IMG/VR virus record: IMGVR_UViG_3300030329_004888
Location: 5,508 to 69,507 of that record
From: a virus
DNA: 64,000 nucleotides
Reading direction: 5' to 3' (one strand)
Part shown: in pieces, positions 9,462 through 18,603 of the stretch
Layout: each line of letters starts with the position of its first letter
Numbering within the stretch: the first letter of the stretch is position 1
Position numbers and translations under genes: made by a program
The notes under the pieces: generated by a model
What the model was told of the DNA's origin: nothing
The model's input: only the letters and a program-made list of their open reading frames with translations
Databases searched by the model: none

Positions 9462-12072
9462 CGCCGCCTACCGCCGCTACGTTGCGCTTGTACGCTGGGG
9501 AGAACAGTCCTCGGACCGCCTCCCATGTTACGCTCTGTAATTGTCGAGGATACTCCAATCCCACTCGTTTCGACGCCTCCCTATACGCGTCGGCGTGTAG
9601 TGGATACAATCCCTGTAGTCCCGTCGCTGCCGCTTTTGACCCTGAGCCCATAGAGTGCTTAACGTGCGGGTGCGATGCGCCCAGCGGTCGCATCAGACTG
9701 GCAGCGATCGCATGAGTATCCATGGTTACGCTCGGCGGTAACGACAAGCCCCCGCCGGGATCGTTCGGAAAAATAATGTTGTTGTAGAAACTCCGCACTT
9801 TGTGTGCGCCGCCCATCGCCCGCGAAATAGACCCCATAGACCCGTCGCGCAAAACCCTGACAGCAGAAGCCGTGGAGCCTGCGTCTGACCACGAGAGGGC
9901 GCCAGGCTTCGACATAGCGATCATCTCCCCGGTCTTTTTGTCGATCTCCGGCATGTTATATACATAGTCCCCCGGATCCCCCTCGGGAGTGACAATGCGG
10001 TGCTGAGGATTGTGGTGAGCTTGGCTATAAACCCGAAGCCAGATAGCCTGCAACACCGGATCTTCGATTTCGTGCAGGGTCTTGCCTTCAATCCTGACAA
10101 CATCGTCCCAGGTAAAATTGCCCTGTGTCTTTCCGCGTATCGCCGGGATACTCGCCGCCACTTGCATCATCTTAGCGTCGAACGGTTGGTCTCCGGCGTG
10201 TGTCCACATATCGAGGATGCGTTCCGCCATCGCAACGTTGGAGAACCATTCTTTCTGCGGCGACAACGCCGCTATTACTCCTGCCGCCTGTTCAACCGTT
10301 ACGTTATATTTTTTAGCAAACCGGTTCGCAATTTTGTTGGCGCCGTCATACCATTTCATCGCTCGAGCACGGTCCTCCGGATCCATCCTCTCGAACAGAT
10401 ACACCAGGTTTTCGGCCTCGTGCTCCTTCATAAATTCGATTATTTCTTTAGGGTCAGAGGCGTCTCGCATCTTGTCCGGCAGATTGACATAAGGCGGATC
10501 AAGCACCTTCTCCCCTTTTTCCGTAATCCAGCGCTCATCCGTCATGAGCTTAACGTCTTTTTCCAAGGCAGTGACCGGCTTACCGGTCTTTGGGTTCACC
10601 GTGCCCGCCAAGGCGGGATCGTATGCGTCATACATCGCGTCGATGGTTACGGGACTCGGCGTGAGGTCGTCGGGATTGACGACTAATTCCCCGCCCTTTT
10701 CCGCCGTCGGAAACGCCTGCGGAATCACCCTCCCGGTTTGCGGCTCGACTTCGATCCCCTTCCCAAGCGTGTTCAGAATGTCGGGAGACCGCCGAGCTAC
10801 AATAAACTGACCGTGGACAGTTACGTTGGCCGGGCCGAAAACATTACCTACCTCTTCCAGGTAATCTCCTGCGGGGCGGTTGTTCTGTTTCGCCCGGAGC
10901 CCCGTTTGGGCGTCTAATGCCCCCTCGGACACTTTTTTGTCGCCGCTGCCGCGGTGTATGCTGATTCGCAATTCGCCGCCGGGCACAACCAGATCGTACG
11001 CCGATTGCAGCACCCGTCTGCGAGCCTCTGGCGTCGGGATAACGTTGAGCACACTATTGAGCGTAACATAGTCCGCCGGCTCAGAGCTGAATTCGGCTAA
11101 TACGCGGGCGTTATGGGCCGGATCCCGGTTGTAAACATCCTGGACCTGGAGCTCAACGCCAAAATTGTCCTGCATATGCCTAATAGCGTCGTCTTCCCTG
11201 CCGCCGCCTATATCCAACACCCGAGCTCCCCGGTCATCAGCCCAATCCCACGGCGTTCTCCTGTCGCCTCCCTTCTCGATGTTCGGATTAAACGTCGCCG
11301 ATACCTGCCTAATGTCGGTTGCCTTCGACGCAGCGTTCTTGGGGTCGGGGATTAACAAATGATGATGATTGTCAGGGATAGCTTCGAGATATTCCGGCGG
11401 GACAGGCCCCAGGAACCCGCGACGGTCTTTGGGGGTGTAGATCTGTTGTGCAAGCGACGTAGGCTTAGGATCCGGCAAAGGGAATTTTTTCTTTGCCATC
11501 AGCAGCCCAGATACCAATCCCCCCCCTTTGCCTGCCGGTCCCAGAAAATCTTCCGGGCCTGTAAGCCCGGCGAGCCCGCGCTCGTCCATGACCTGGCCTA
11601 TCAATTCCAAGATCCCCTTACCGCTACGCTTGGCCACTTCGTAGACCCCCTGCACTGCATCGACCACCCCTTGGTTGACGCCGTCTTTCTGCGCCCCTTC
11701 TCTATAAACCTCTCCTACCTTACCGCTAACGCCCTTGGCCAAGTCCGCTGCCGCGCCCCAATCCGTGCCCCGGAGCGTCTCGACAGGATCCCTCCGAAAC
11801 TGCCCGACACTCTGCGCGGCCTGCGCCAGGTCCGGGATATCTTCCGTCACCCATTTTTGAACCCCTTCCGGCGTCTGCTTGCCCCAATGCACCGCCCGCT
11901 GCACAGACGGATCTTCGGCGGCTTGCTGCAAAAAATCAACCAAGCCGCTAATCGAATACGGGCCCTCCTGCAATGCGGGAGTGTCTTGGACAAAATCCGC
12001 TACGCCCGTTAGCCACTCAGGCGAATTAGGAGTAGCCCGCCGATCTCGCGGTCCCTGAAATTGATGTGTCAT
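9346..12072 (-). CDS. 908-aa multidomain protein: class I SAM-methyltransferase domain plus C-terminal HhH-glycosylase-like (DUF7178-like) domain
   Basis: VLDIGGG...NSVLNVI...PGG; WY...IAALSPQKEW...HKVRSFYNNI...VTMDTH...ADAYREA...QLQSVTW. Confidence 0.7.
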   Translation of the reverse strand: MTHQFQGPRDRRATPNSPEWLTGVADFVQDTPALQEGPYSISGLVDFLQQAAEDPSVQRAVHWGKQTPEGVQKWVTEDIPDLAQAAQSVGQFRRDPVETLRGTDWGAAADLAKGVSGKVGEVYREGAQKDGVNQGVVDAVQGVYEVAKRSGKGILELIGQVMDERGLAGLTGPEDFLGPAGKGGGLVSGLLMAKKKFPLPDPKPTSLAQQIYTPKDRRGFLGPVPPEYLEAIPDNHHHLLIPDPKNAASKATDIRQVSATFNPNIEKGGDRRTPWDWADDRGARVLDIGGGREDDAIRHMQDNFGVELQVQDVYNRDPAHNARVLAEFSSEPADYVTLNSVLNVIPTPEARRRVLQSAYDLVVPGGELRISIHRGSGDKKVSEGALDAQTGLRAKQNNRPAGDYLEEVGNVFGPANVTVHGQFIVARRSPDILNTLGKGIEVEPQTGRVIPQAFPTAEKGGELVVNPDDLTPSPVTIDAMYDAYDPALAGTVNPKTGKPVTALEKDVKLMTDERWITEKGEKVLDPPYVNLPDKMRDASDPKEIIEFMKEHEAENLVYLFERMDPEDRARAMKWYDGANKIANRFAKKYNVTVEQAAGVIAALSPQKEWFSNVAMAERILDMWTHAGDQPFDAKMMQVAASIPAIRGKTQGNFTWDDVVRIEGKTLHEIEDPVLQAIWLRVYSQAHHNPQHRIVTPEGDPGDYVYNMPEIDKKTGEMIAMSKPGALSWSDAGSTASAVRVLRDGSMGSISRAMGGAHKVRSFYNNIIFPNDPGGGLSLPPSVTMDTHAIAASLMRPLGASHPHVKHSMGSGSKAAATGLQGLYPLHADAYREASKRVGLEYPRQLQSVTWEAVRGLFSPAYKRNVAAVGGVEDAWKQFQTGAADAPTTRRRIYEFAGGIDRPSWAEGR

Positions 12073-12079
12073 TATGCCC

Positions 12080-12142
12080 TACACAACATCTGGTATGCGG
12101 GCCTGGGCCCGATTCGGGATAAAACCACAAGATATTGGGGTG
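12080..12142 (+). promoter_or_regulatory. 63-bp element with two NrdR-box-like sites; inverted copy at 17584-17646
   Basis: 49/63 identity without gaps, 20-bp perfect core atctggtatgcgggcctggg; immediately upstream of the 908-aa gene. Confidence 0.6.
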
Positions 12143-12149
12143 TCTGCAT

Positions 12150-12329
12150 CTATTCCCCGCTCAGCGCCACTAACGCGTCCCGCTGGTCTTGGGTTAACGT
12201 ATACACAACCCCGTTCCGCGCATTGGCGGGCTGTAGGCTGGCGATAATTTCCCGCACTGCCTCTTGCACTGCTGTCGGTTTTTTAGGCGCCGCCGCTTTC
12301 GGCGCCGCTTTTGCTTTTGTCTTTGCCAT
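12150..12329 (-). CDS. Small Lys/Ala-rich protein (59 aa)
   Basis: MAKTKAKAAPKAAAPKK... with gaggag RBS; similar N-terminus to 50147-50401. Confidence 0.65.
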   Translation of the reverse strand: MAKTKAKAAPKAAAPKKPTAVQEAVREIIASLQPANARNGVVYTLTQDQRDALVALSGE

Positions 12330-12330
12330 A

Positions 12331-14454
12331 TTAGCTACTCCTCATAGTTTCGGCCGCTTCAACCTGCGCGGCATCGCTTATCCGCTGCGCGTTGCTGGCT
12401 ACCTGCCCCTGAAGGTCAAGCCCCATAGACGGCGATCCGCCGCCTCCCGCAGGTTGGCCCATCGCATTTTGTTGCTGCTGCTGCTGCGCTTCCGCATGCC
12501 CTTGGATGTGCTGCGCTACTACCGCGTCAATCTGCTGGATCTGCTGCTGTGCCTGCGGATTGAGCGGACGTCCCGCCGGGTCTGTCATCTGCGCCGCTTG
12601 CATTAATTGCATATACGCCGGGTGATCTCGATACATATTGTGCGTGTCTGTGTGCGTCGGATGATCCTGTTCGATCAAGACATCGGTGTCTTGCCCATTC
12701 ATAAAGCGGTCGTTTTCAAGCTGTGCCGCCCGCTGTGCTTCGACGTTGACATCAGAGACCATCAGTTTTTCGACGTCGATGACGTCAAACGCTGACGCCA
12801 TGGCCTTATCGAGTTCGACCTGGTCGAAGTTGGGCCGGTTAGCGGCCCGGTCGTAGAATGCCAGGAAACGGTCTTGCTCGAGCTGCTCATATAATGGTTG
12901 CGTCGATCCGACGCGAGAATGGATACGGAAATTCCACAGAAAATCACTTGTCCGCAGTGCTCTGACGATTTGTGACGCGCCCTCCGGGGCCACGTTGATC
13001 GTGAAATCTTCCGGCGTGTAGCGCGGATCGCCCATAATCTGAAACGCGTTGCGAACCACCATTTCATACGCTTGGGAAACCTTAGCCTCCATCCAATTGC
13101 CGTTTAGCTGGGCGGCTGCGGCTACTACCGCAGCTTCCGTGGCCGTGTCGGATTCTCCCGGCGCTGGCGGCTGCACAGCGGCGATCTGATCCTCATACGA
13201 TAACAGCGACTGCTCGTGAGCATACAGATCAGGAGGGACCGAGGAATATGAAAGTTCGCGGATGGAGTTGATGTCCTGAACCGTCTGAAACTCGCCGTCT
13301 CTCCCCGCCCGCAATTTCTCTAAAATCTCAGGATTGGCCAAGACTTCGCTTTCGGCGACAACTCCCTGCCGCGCCGTACGTTTCAAAAGATCACTGCGAC
13401 GGCTGATCTGCTCGATGATCCCCGCTTGGAGATCCTCGAGATACGCCATCTGTCCCATCGGATAAAACGACGCCGAGTGCATATCAAATTTGATCGGGAC
13501 AAAGGGAAATCCGTTCTCGACAAGCCAGCCTGCCGCCGGGATCCCTCCCTCGATGTCAAGCACTGGCTCGCTCAATTCGCCTGTCTCGTCTTCCGCGAAT
13601 ATCAGATTGCCGACCGAGTCGATCATCTGGGGGAACGAGCGCTTGATAAACGGATGCTCTTGCTCGAGGATCGGATCCTCGACTCCGTCGGCAAACATGA
13701 TCAACCGGCGCCCTATGCGATCATGGATACGATCCACCAATACAAACTCGCCGTTGTCGATCGACTCCTTCAAAGCTTGGCGCTCCTCTGTATCGGATTG
13801 CGCTCCCATTACCTCCCCGAACATCAGATCGTCCGCCGAATTCCCGGCCGCAGTTGCCGATAGCTGCCTCTTGTGCTGGACGTTCGGATCGTCGCGGAGG
13901 AACTTCAGTGGCATCCACATTTTCTCCCGAATGTAGCGGGCATGCCCTAACCGATGGGGCGGACACGCTGGATCCAGATGCACACATCCAGGAGCTACTC
14001 GAGACACCGCGACCATGTCATCGGCCATGTCGTCATTGGCAATATACGGAGCGATCATCGTGTCGCCTGGAGGGTTGTAGTCCAGCCGTAGCCAGCCGAC
14101 CCCGCAGAACAACGCGTCAAAAATAGCCTGATGCATATGATCTCGGACGTTAGCAAGACGGAAAAATGCCGCGCTCGCTCGCTCGAGCAACTCAGCGACC
14201 TGGTCGCCTTCCTCGTCCTCGATCAAGAAAAATTGCTTGGGATACCGAAAGGCAATCGTGCTGATAATCTGGCGGACAATCGGATAAAACCGAGACACCC
14301 GGACAATATCGCTCGGCTGGAGATCCCGAATGCGCTCATCGAATTGGAGGTCGTATAGATCCACCAATCGCTGCCATTCCGCCATGCGCCCCCGGTAGAG
14401 ACGGTCCAGCGTCTTCATCTCGTCTGCCCAGAATGCCAGCTCTTTTTTATTCAT
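12331..14454 (-). CDS. Portal protein
   Basis: 707 aa directly after TerL; VSRFYP, QAIFD, TATEA motifs, Gln-rich C-terminal barrel; homolog at 46615-48717. Confidence 0.85.
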   Translation of the reverse strand: MNKKELAFWADEMKTLDRLYRGRMAEWQRLVDLYDLQFDERIRDLQPSDIVRVSRFYPIVRQIISTIAFRYPKQFFLIEDEEGDQVAELLERASAAFFRLANVRDHMHQAIFDALFCGVGWLRLDYNPPGDTMIAPYIANDDMADDMVAVSRVAPGCVHLDPACPPHRLGHARYIREKMWMPLKFLRDDPNVQHKRQLSATAAGNSADDLMFGEVMGAQSDTEERQALKESIDNGEFVLVDRIHDRIGRRLIMFADGVEDPILEQEHPFIKRSFPQMIDSVGNLIFAEDETGELSEPVLDIEGGIPAAGWLVENGFPFVPIKFDMHSASFYPMGQMAYLEDLQAGIIEQISRRSDLLKRTARQGVVAESEVLANPEILEKLRAGRDGEFQTVQDINSIRELSYSSVPPDLYAHEQSLLSYEDQIAAVQPPAPGESDTATEAAVVAAAAQLNGNWMEAKVSQAYEMVVRNAFQIMGDPRYTPEDFTINVAPEGASQIVRALRTSDFLWNFRIHSRVGSTQPLYEQLEQDRFLAFYDRAANRPNFDQVELDKAMASAFDVIDVEKLMVSDVNVEAQRAAQLENDRFMNGQDTDVLIEQDHPTHTDTHNMYRDHPAYMQLMQAAQMTDPAGRPLNPQAQQQIQQIDAVVAQHIQGHAEAQQQQQQNAMGQPAGGGGSPSMGLDLQGQVASNAQRISDAAQVEAAETMRSS

Positions 14455-15836
14455 CCTGCGTATCTGTATTGGTTATCGTCATTACTCAGTAGTCGATCGA
14501 TTAGAGTTTGCCCATCGCCGCTCGGACGCACGTCTGCGCGTCGCGGTCGGTAGACATGGTTGATACCGTATCGGAGCCCGTCGGCAGGGTGGTCATCGCC
14601 CCCCTTCTCGACGTCCTCGGCATTGCGTGAACATCGTTGCACCGTCGCCAGGCTTTCGACCACGCGATCTGTGCGGTGCCGGAAAAACTTGATCCGCCCG
14701 GAATACATCAGATCCTTGAGATTGCGCCAGCCGGTTATCCGGTCGGCGTTCGCCCGCGTCAAATGGATGCCCTCGGCCTCGAAGGAGTCCTTGGGCGCCT
14801 TGGCCTGCGACGCCTCTCCCGGAGCTCTGCGTGTCCACATGTCCGGAGGCGCCAAGTGCAGCCGGGGCCGGTGCCGCAGATATGGGCAGTTGTCGATCAT
14901 CGCTGCGATTGCTCGAGCGTGATCTGCTCCGCCCGCCCCGGCACGGTAGTATTCATCGATGACCCAAACGGAATCATCGTAATCAACGGCGATGAGCCCC
15001 GCCCATGTGGGGTTGGACTCGCCATAGTCCATGCACGAAAATACCGACCACGTTGACGGAATCTCGAACCCGTCAACGACGGCGTCCTTCCGAGAAAACA
15101 TCGAAAAATAGTTGCCGATGACAGCGTCCCAATCGCCATCCTTCCAAGCTTTGATCAGCTCCGGGTCGCCGAGGTTCTCCAGGCGCTGCTCGTATCCCGG
15201 ATCCCGGCCGAGGCCCAACTTGTTATCGGTCAGCTTCGACGGCACAAACATCCGAACCATCCCGGAGTCGGAGTCCTGAAGCGGGACCATCCCCTGCGGG
15301 TAGTCTCCGATCCCAAAGTATTCTTTGATCTCATTATGACAACGACCTCCTGGGTTGCCAGTGGCCCGTATCCGTTTATTCATTGCTGCGCCACGCAACC
15401 GAGAGGTCATCATCCGATAGGGTGTCAACGTCTCCCAACTGGGGAGCTCGTCCCATCCGATCCAGCTCAGGCTCCACCCCATGTATTTTGTATAGTCCTG
15501 CTCTCTCTCGAGGTGCCGCAATCGCAACACGGCTCCTCCGGGGAATTTCCAGGTGTATTTGCCAACCAGATACTCGCCCCCGCAATGCGGGTAGATCTCA
15601 TGAGAGCGATCGATGATCTCCTCGAGATCCGGGTAGGAAAGTCGAAACAGAACCCCTTTCCACTTGGATCCCTGGTCAAGATCCTGCGCGAAATCGCCGA
15701 GCAGAAAATCGCTCTTACCGCCAAATACTGCGCCGCCGTAGAACAGCTCATCAACAGCAGATCCCATCCATACGGCGGTTCGCTGCGGTCCTGGCTGCGC
15801 TGCCCAGCTATACTGTTCCGGAGGCTCTTCGATCAT
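14451..15836 (-). CDS. terL: Terminase large subunit
   Basis: Walker A YGGAVFGGKS, Walker B WDEL, ATGNPGG, MDYG, DHPADGLRY. Confidence 0.93.
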   Translation of the reverse strand: MIEEPPEQYSWAAQPGPQRTAVWMGSAVDELFYGGAVFGGKSDFLLGDFAQDLDQGSKWKGVLFRLSYPDLEEIIDRSHEIYPHCGGEYLVGKYTWKFPGGAVLRLRHLEREQDYTKYMGWSLSWIGWDELPSWETLTPYRMMTSRLRGAAMNKRIRATGNPGGRCHNEIKEYFGIGDYPQGMVPLQDSDSGMVRMFVPSKLTDNKLGLGRDPGYEQRLENLGDPELIKAWKDGDWDAVIGNYFSMFSRKDAVVDGFEIPSTWSVFSCMDYGESNPTWAGLIAVDYDDSVWVIDEYYRAGAGGADHARAIAAMIDNCPYLRHRPRLHLAPPDMWTRRAPGEASQAKAPKDSFEAEGIHLTRANADRITGWRNLKDLMYSGRIKFFRHRTDRVVESLATVQRCSRNAEDVEKGGDDHPADGLRYGINHVYRPRRADVRPSGDGQTLIDRLLSNDDNQYRYAG

Positions 15837-15880
15837 TTCTGATTAACTATAATAGGTATTATCGTTAGTATAATTCAGGG

Positions 15881-16405
15881 TTAGTCAGTGTATTCCGCGA
15901 TCCTGTTTTGTGCTGTTTGCGGCGCCAATGCCGCCTTCAACTCCTCGAGCGATGGCCTCGCCTCCTGCTTAACCGCTCTGTAGGAGATCGGCTCGCCATC
16001 GATCCCGGTCAATTCTACACGATCGGTAAACCCTCGGCGACCATGCTGTGTTTTCAGGTAGAATTGGATTGCGGGAAAATGGCCCTCCCGAACCAACTTG
16101 TGCAGCTGCCCAACTGCCTCGTCGCCGACTTTCTCTCGAGCAGCATCGACTGCCTTGCCGAGCTCGGGGAATCTGCGGATGTAGTCGTAGATCGTCAACC
16201 TCTGGCACCCCAAGACCTTGGCAACGGCAGTCAGATTGCCATCGCATCGGACGATCTCCTTCTCCATTTGCTTGACGTCGTATTTCAGCGGATGCTTCTG
16301 AGGCATGGCATTGTTCATCTGTTTAGAGGTTTTACGGCGCTGGCGGGCCGGATTTTGACGTCCTGCCCCCCGCCAGCGCGTCACCAGGAGGAAAGCCGGT
16401 CGCAA
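15881..16405 (-). CDS. terS: Terminase small subunit (true start probably ~16317)
   Basis: HTH GNLTAVAKVLGCQRLTIYDY, AIQFYLKT, VELTGIDGEPI; upstream of terL. Confidence 0.7.
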   Translation of the reverse strand: MRPAFLLVTRWRGAGRQNPARQRRKTSKQMNNAMPQKHPLKYDVKQMEKEIVRCDGNLTAVAKVLGCQRLTIYDYIRRFPELGKAVDAAREKVGDEAVGQLHKLVREGHFPAIQFYLKTQHGRRGFTDRVELTGIDGEPISYRAVKQEARPSLEELKAALAPQTAQNRIAEYTD

Positions 16406-16699
16406 GGGCTTTCATGTGATACCTGAACAATACATCAACCGCATAGTATGGCGCAAGCGCTGTTTGACCGCATCTGGCTGCATTTGGCTGCATTTGACTG
16501 CAAAGTTTAGACGGGACAAGGAATTCCAAAAACGCATCCCCCCATGTCGCGATACGATTCCGGCGGGACAAGGATCTTCAAAGACGCATCCGCCCATGTC
16601 ACGTTAACGCCTCTGAGCGGCAATAACGCGTATGCCCCGGGGAATAGCACAGCGCTATGTAGCGTGTGACCTCCCTAACCCCCAAGCCCATGGCCGACA

Positions 16700-17166
16700 C
16701 AACCGATGCTATGGGAAAACTTTTCCGGGGCAGAATGGGGGCAGAATCACCGATGTCCCATACAACCTCTTAATCTACAACACGTTACATCCAAAAAGAC
16801 GCTCGAAGCCAGGGCAGAATGGGGGCGCTTTTTTACAACACCTAACCCAATGCACTACAACACCTTACGTAGATTCGGGGCGGAAAGGGCGCGTTTCTCC
16901 GACCTTTAACCTATATAACGTAAAATATATTTCTATAGGACTTTATATAGGAAAACAGGCCCTTTTGTCCCTAACACAACGTAAGGTGTTGTTTTTACTC
17001 GTTTGAGGGAGGGCCAAATGAGGGCCAAATGGGGTTTTTTAGGGGCCAAAAGGGCGCTTTCTGGTCAAAGGGGCGCATCTTCCTGAGAGCTACCTCTCAG
17101 GATTTTTGTCCCTTTTGTCCCCAAGGGTACCTCCTCTTTTTTAAAAAAACGAGAGGAGGTACCCTT
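16700..17166. other. Origin-like module 1: iterons, AT-rich core, hairpin
   Basis: GGGC(A/C)(G/A)AA repeats and inverted ttttgtccc; core cctatataa...ttatatagg; acaacaccttacgt/acgtaaggtgttgt. Confidence 0.5.
17123..17166. repeat. Hairpin repeat, copy 1
   Basis: aagggtacctcctct-tttttaaaaaaacg-agaggaggtaccctt. Confidence 0.85.
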
Positions 17167-17334
17167 CTTTGTCAAAGTTATGCCCTGCCAGGGGGGAGAC
17201 CGGCGAGATACCGTGACATACTCCAGGTCTGTGCTTGGAGGCATGTCACGGTATCTCTTATATGTGTTGATCCCTCCGGATCGAGTGCAACCGTGCAACA
17301 GTCCCCCCTCCTACCATGAGCCGAGGGGCTGCTG

Positions 17335-17472
17335 CAAGTGTTAGGTCCGCTAGGACCACTGTAGGACAACAACTTACGGAGGATACAGAAGTGTTAGAAC
17401 CGGAGCGTCCTAACACTTCTGGAAGAGACGCAAGTGATTGGGAGACAACGATCCTAACGGACCTAACACTTG
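17335..17472. repeat. Nested inverted repeat (origin-like module 2)
   Basis: caagtgttaggtccgctagga / tcctaacggacctaacacttg outside; cagaagtgttag / ctaacacttctg inside. Confidence 0.8.
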
Positions 17473-17490
17473 TATAGACCGCTACGATCC

Positions 17491-17538
17491 AAAAGGGTAC
17501 CTCCTCTTTTTTAAAAAAACGAGAGGAGCTACCCTTTT
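17491..17538. repeat. Hairpin repeat, copy 2
   Basis: Same as 17123-17166 with one substitution, 370 bp downstream. Confidence 0.85.
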
Positions 17539-17583
17539 TTTATCAAATAAAAAAAATAATCTCATATTGTGCTGGCCGAAACG

Positions 17584-17646
17584 CACCACAACATGTTGTG
17601 GTTTTTGACACTTTCGGCCCCAGGCCCGCATACCAGATAGAGTGTA
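17584..17646 (-). promoter_or_regulatory. 63-bp element with NrdR-box-like palindrome CCACAACATGTTGTGG (17586-17601)
   Basis: Perfect 16-bp palindrome plus a second box 44 bp away; inverted copy of 12080-12142. Confidence 0.6.
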
Positions 17647-17701
17647 TGTTTTCGAGGAGGGCCAAAGGGGCGGATTTCTTCAAGATATTATTCAAAATCC
17701 C

Positions 17702-17732
17702 TTGACGTATGCAATACTGCATAGTTATATTA
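17702..17732 (+). promoter_or_regulatory. Sigma70-type early promoter with ATGCA-N4-TGCAT operator
   Basis: TTGACG...TATATT; near-identical layout at 20881. Confidence 0.7.
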
Positions 17733-17804
17733 GTATTCCCAGTCGGAAGTGCACATCGGCTGGGGAAAAAACCAGAAGTGCACAAACCAAGAGGAGCAGC
17801 AAAG

Positions 17805-18104
17805 ATGGCAAAGTCAGCACGGAAGGCGAGTAACCCAGAAACATTTTCACACTACGCGCACACTCTCAATCATTACGCATTGGGAAAAAGTCTTGCCAAT
17901 GCCAAGAAAAGGATTAAAGACCACGCTAACTCAAGTTGTTACAAGTACGGCTACCAAATTCTCGAATTCTCAAGACCGATAACGGTAGAAGAGTACAACG
18001 TTGATCCAATAGACGGATACATGACAGTGGTAAAGGGCGTCACATTAGAGGCTGTTTACACCCACCCCAAATGGGCCAAACGGCTCATCAAACCCGTTAA
18101 CTGA
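17805..18104 (+). CDS. Hypothetical early protein
   Basis: gaggag RBS, ATG 17805 (MAKSARK...). Confidence 0.7.
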   Translation: MAKSARKASNPETFSHYAHTLNHYALGKSLANAKKRIKDHANSSCYKYGYQILEFSRPITVEEYNVDPIDGYMTVVKGVTLEAVYTHPKWAKRLIKPVN

Positions 18105-18169
18105 AATAAAACAAAGACCCCCGCAACCGCCCCCCCCCTTAGGGGGGGGCAAGGAGAGGAGCAGCAAAG

Positions 18170-18580
18170 ATGACCGGATCAATGGAAAAAATAAGAGAAG
18201 AGTTGAAAAAAGAAATCCAAAAGAGTGTGGATGTAATCTACGATAAAGCCTGTAAGGCCGCCGATCCGGACAGGTTTGTTACTGACCTATTAATAGGTAT
18301 TGTAAACAAAGTAGGTCCAGAAACTATCGAAGAAGTAATGGAACTACTTACAGAAGATGATTGGAATCGTACTCAGTTAGTGATCGAGCCTCTGAGAGGC
18401 ATGGAAAAAGAAGCACTCCTTGAAACTCATAGTCTGAGCCCTCTTGACGTAGCATCTTACGTAATAAAACGAAACCTGTTTAACGAAGGTAGGGATGAAT
18501 TACGTAAGGCTCATAAAATAGGGTTTGACGCACCGGATTCACGTTTCACAAAAGTTTACTTTAACCGAACCCATTTCTAA
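18170..18580 (+). CDS. Hypothetical early protein
   Basis: Strong RBS, 136-aa ORF. Confidence 0.7.
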   Translation: MTGSMEKIREELKKEIQKSVDVIYDKACKAADPDRFVTDLLIGIVNKVGPETIEEVMELLTEDDWNRTQLVIEPLRGMEKEALLETHSLSPLDVASYVIKRNLFNEGRDELRKAHKIGFDAPDSRFTKVYFNRTHF

Positions 18581-18603
18581 AATAAACCAGGGGCAAGGAG
18601 AAG

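Noticed and set aside
285-16426. Plus-strand ORFs across the late operons (also 28616-51723)
   Set aside because: Antisense shadows of coupled minus-strand genes, with no recognisable motifs
16412-17785. Short ORFs in the ori-like region
   Set aside because: They overlap repeats and palindromes, with no convincing RBS or protein-like sequence
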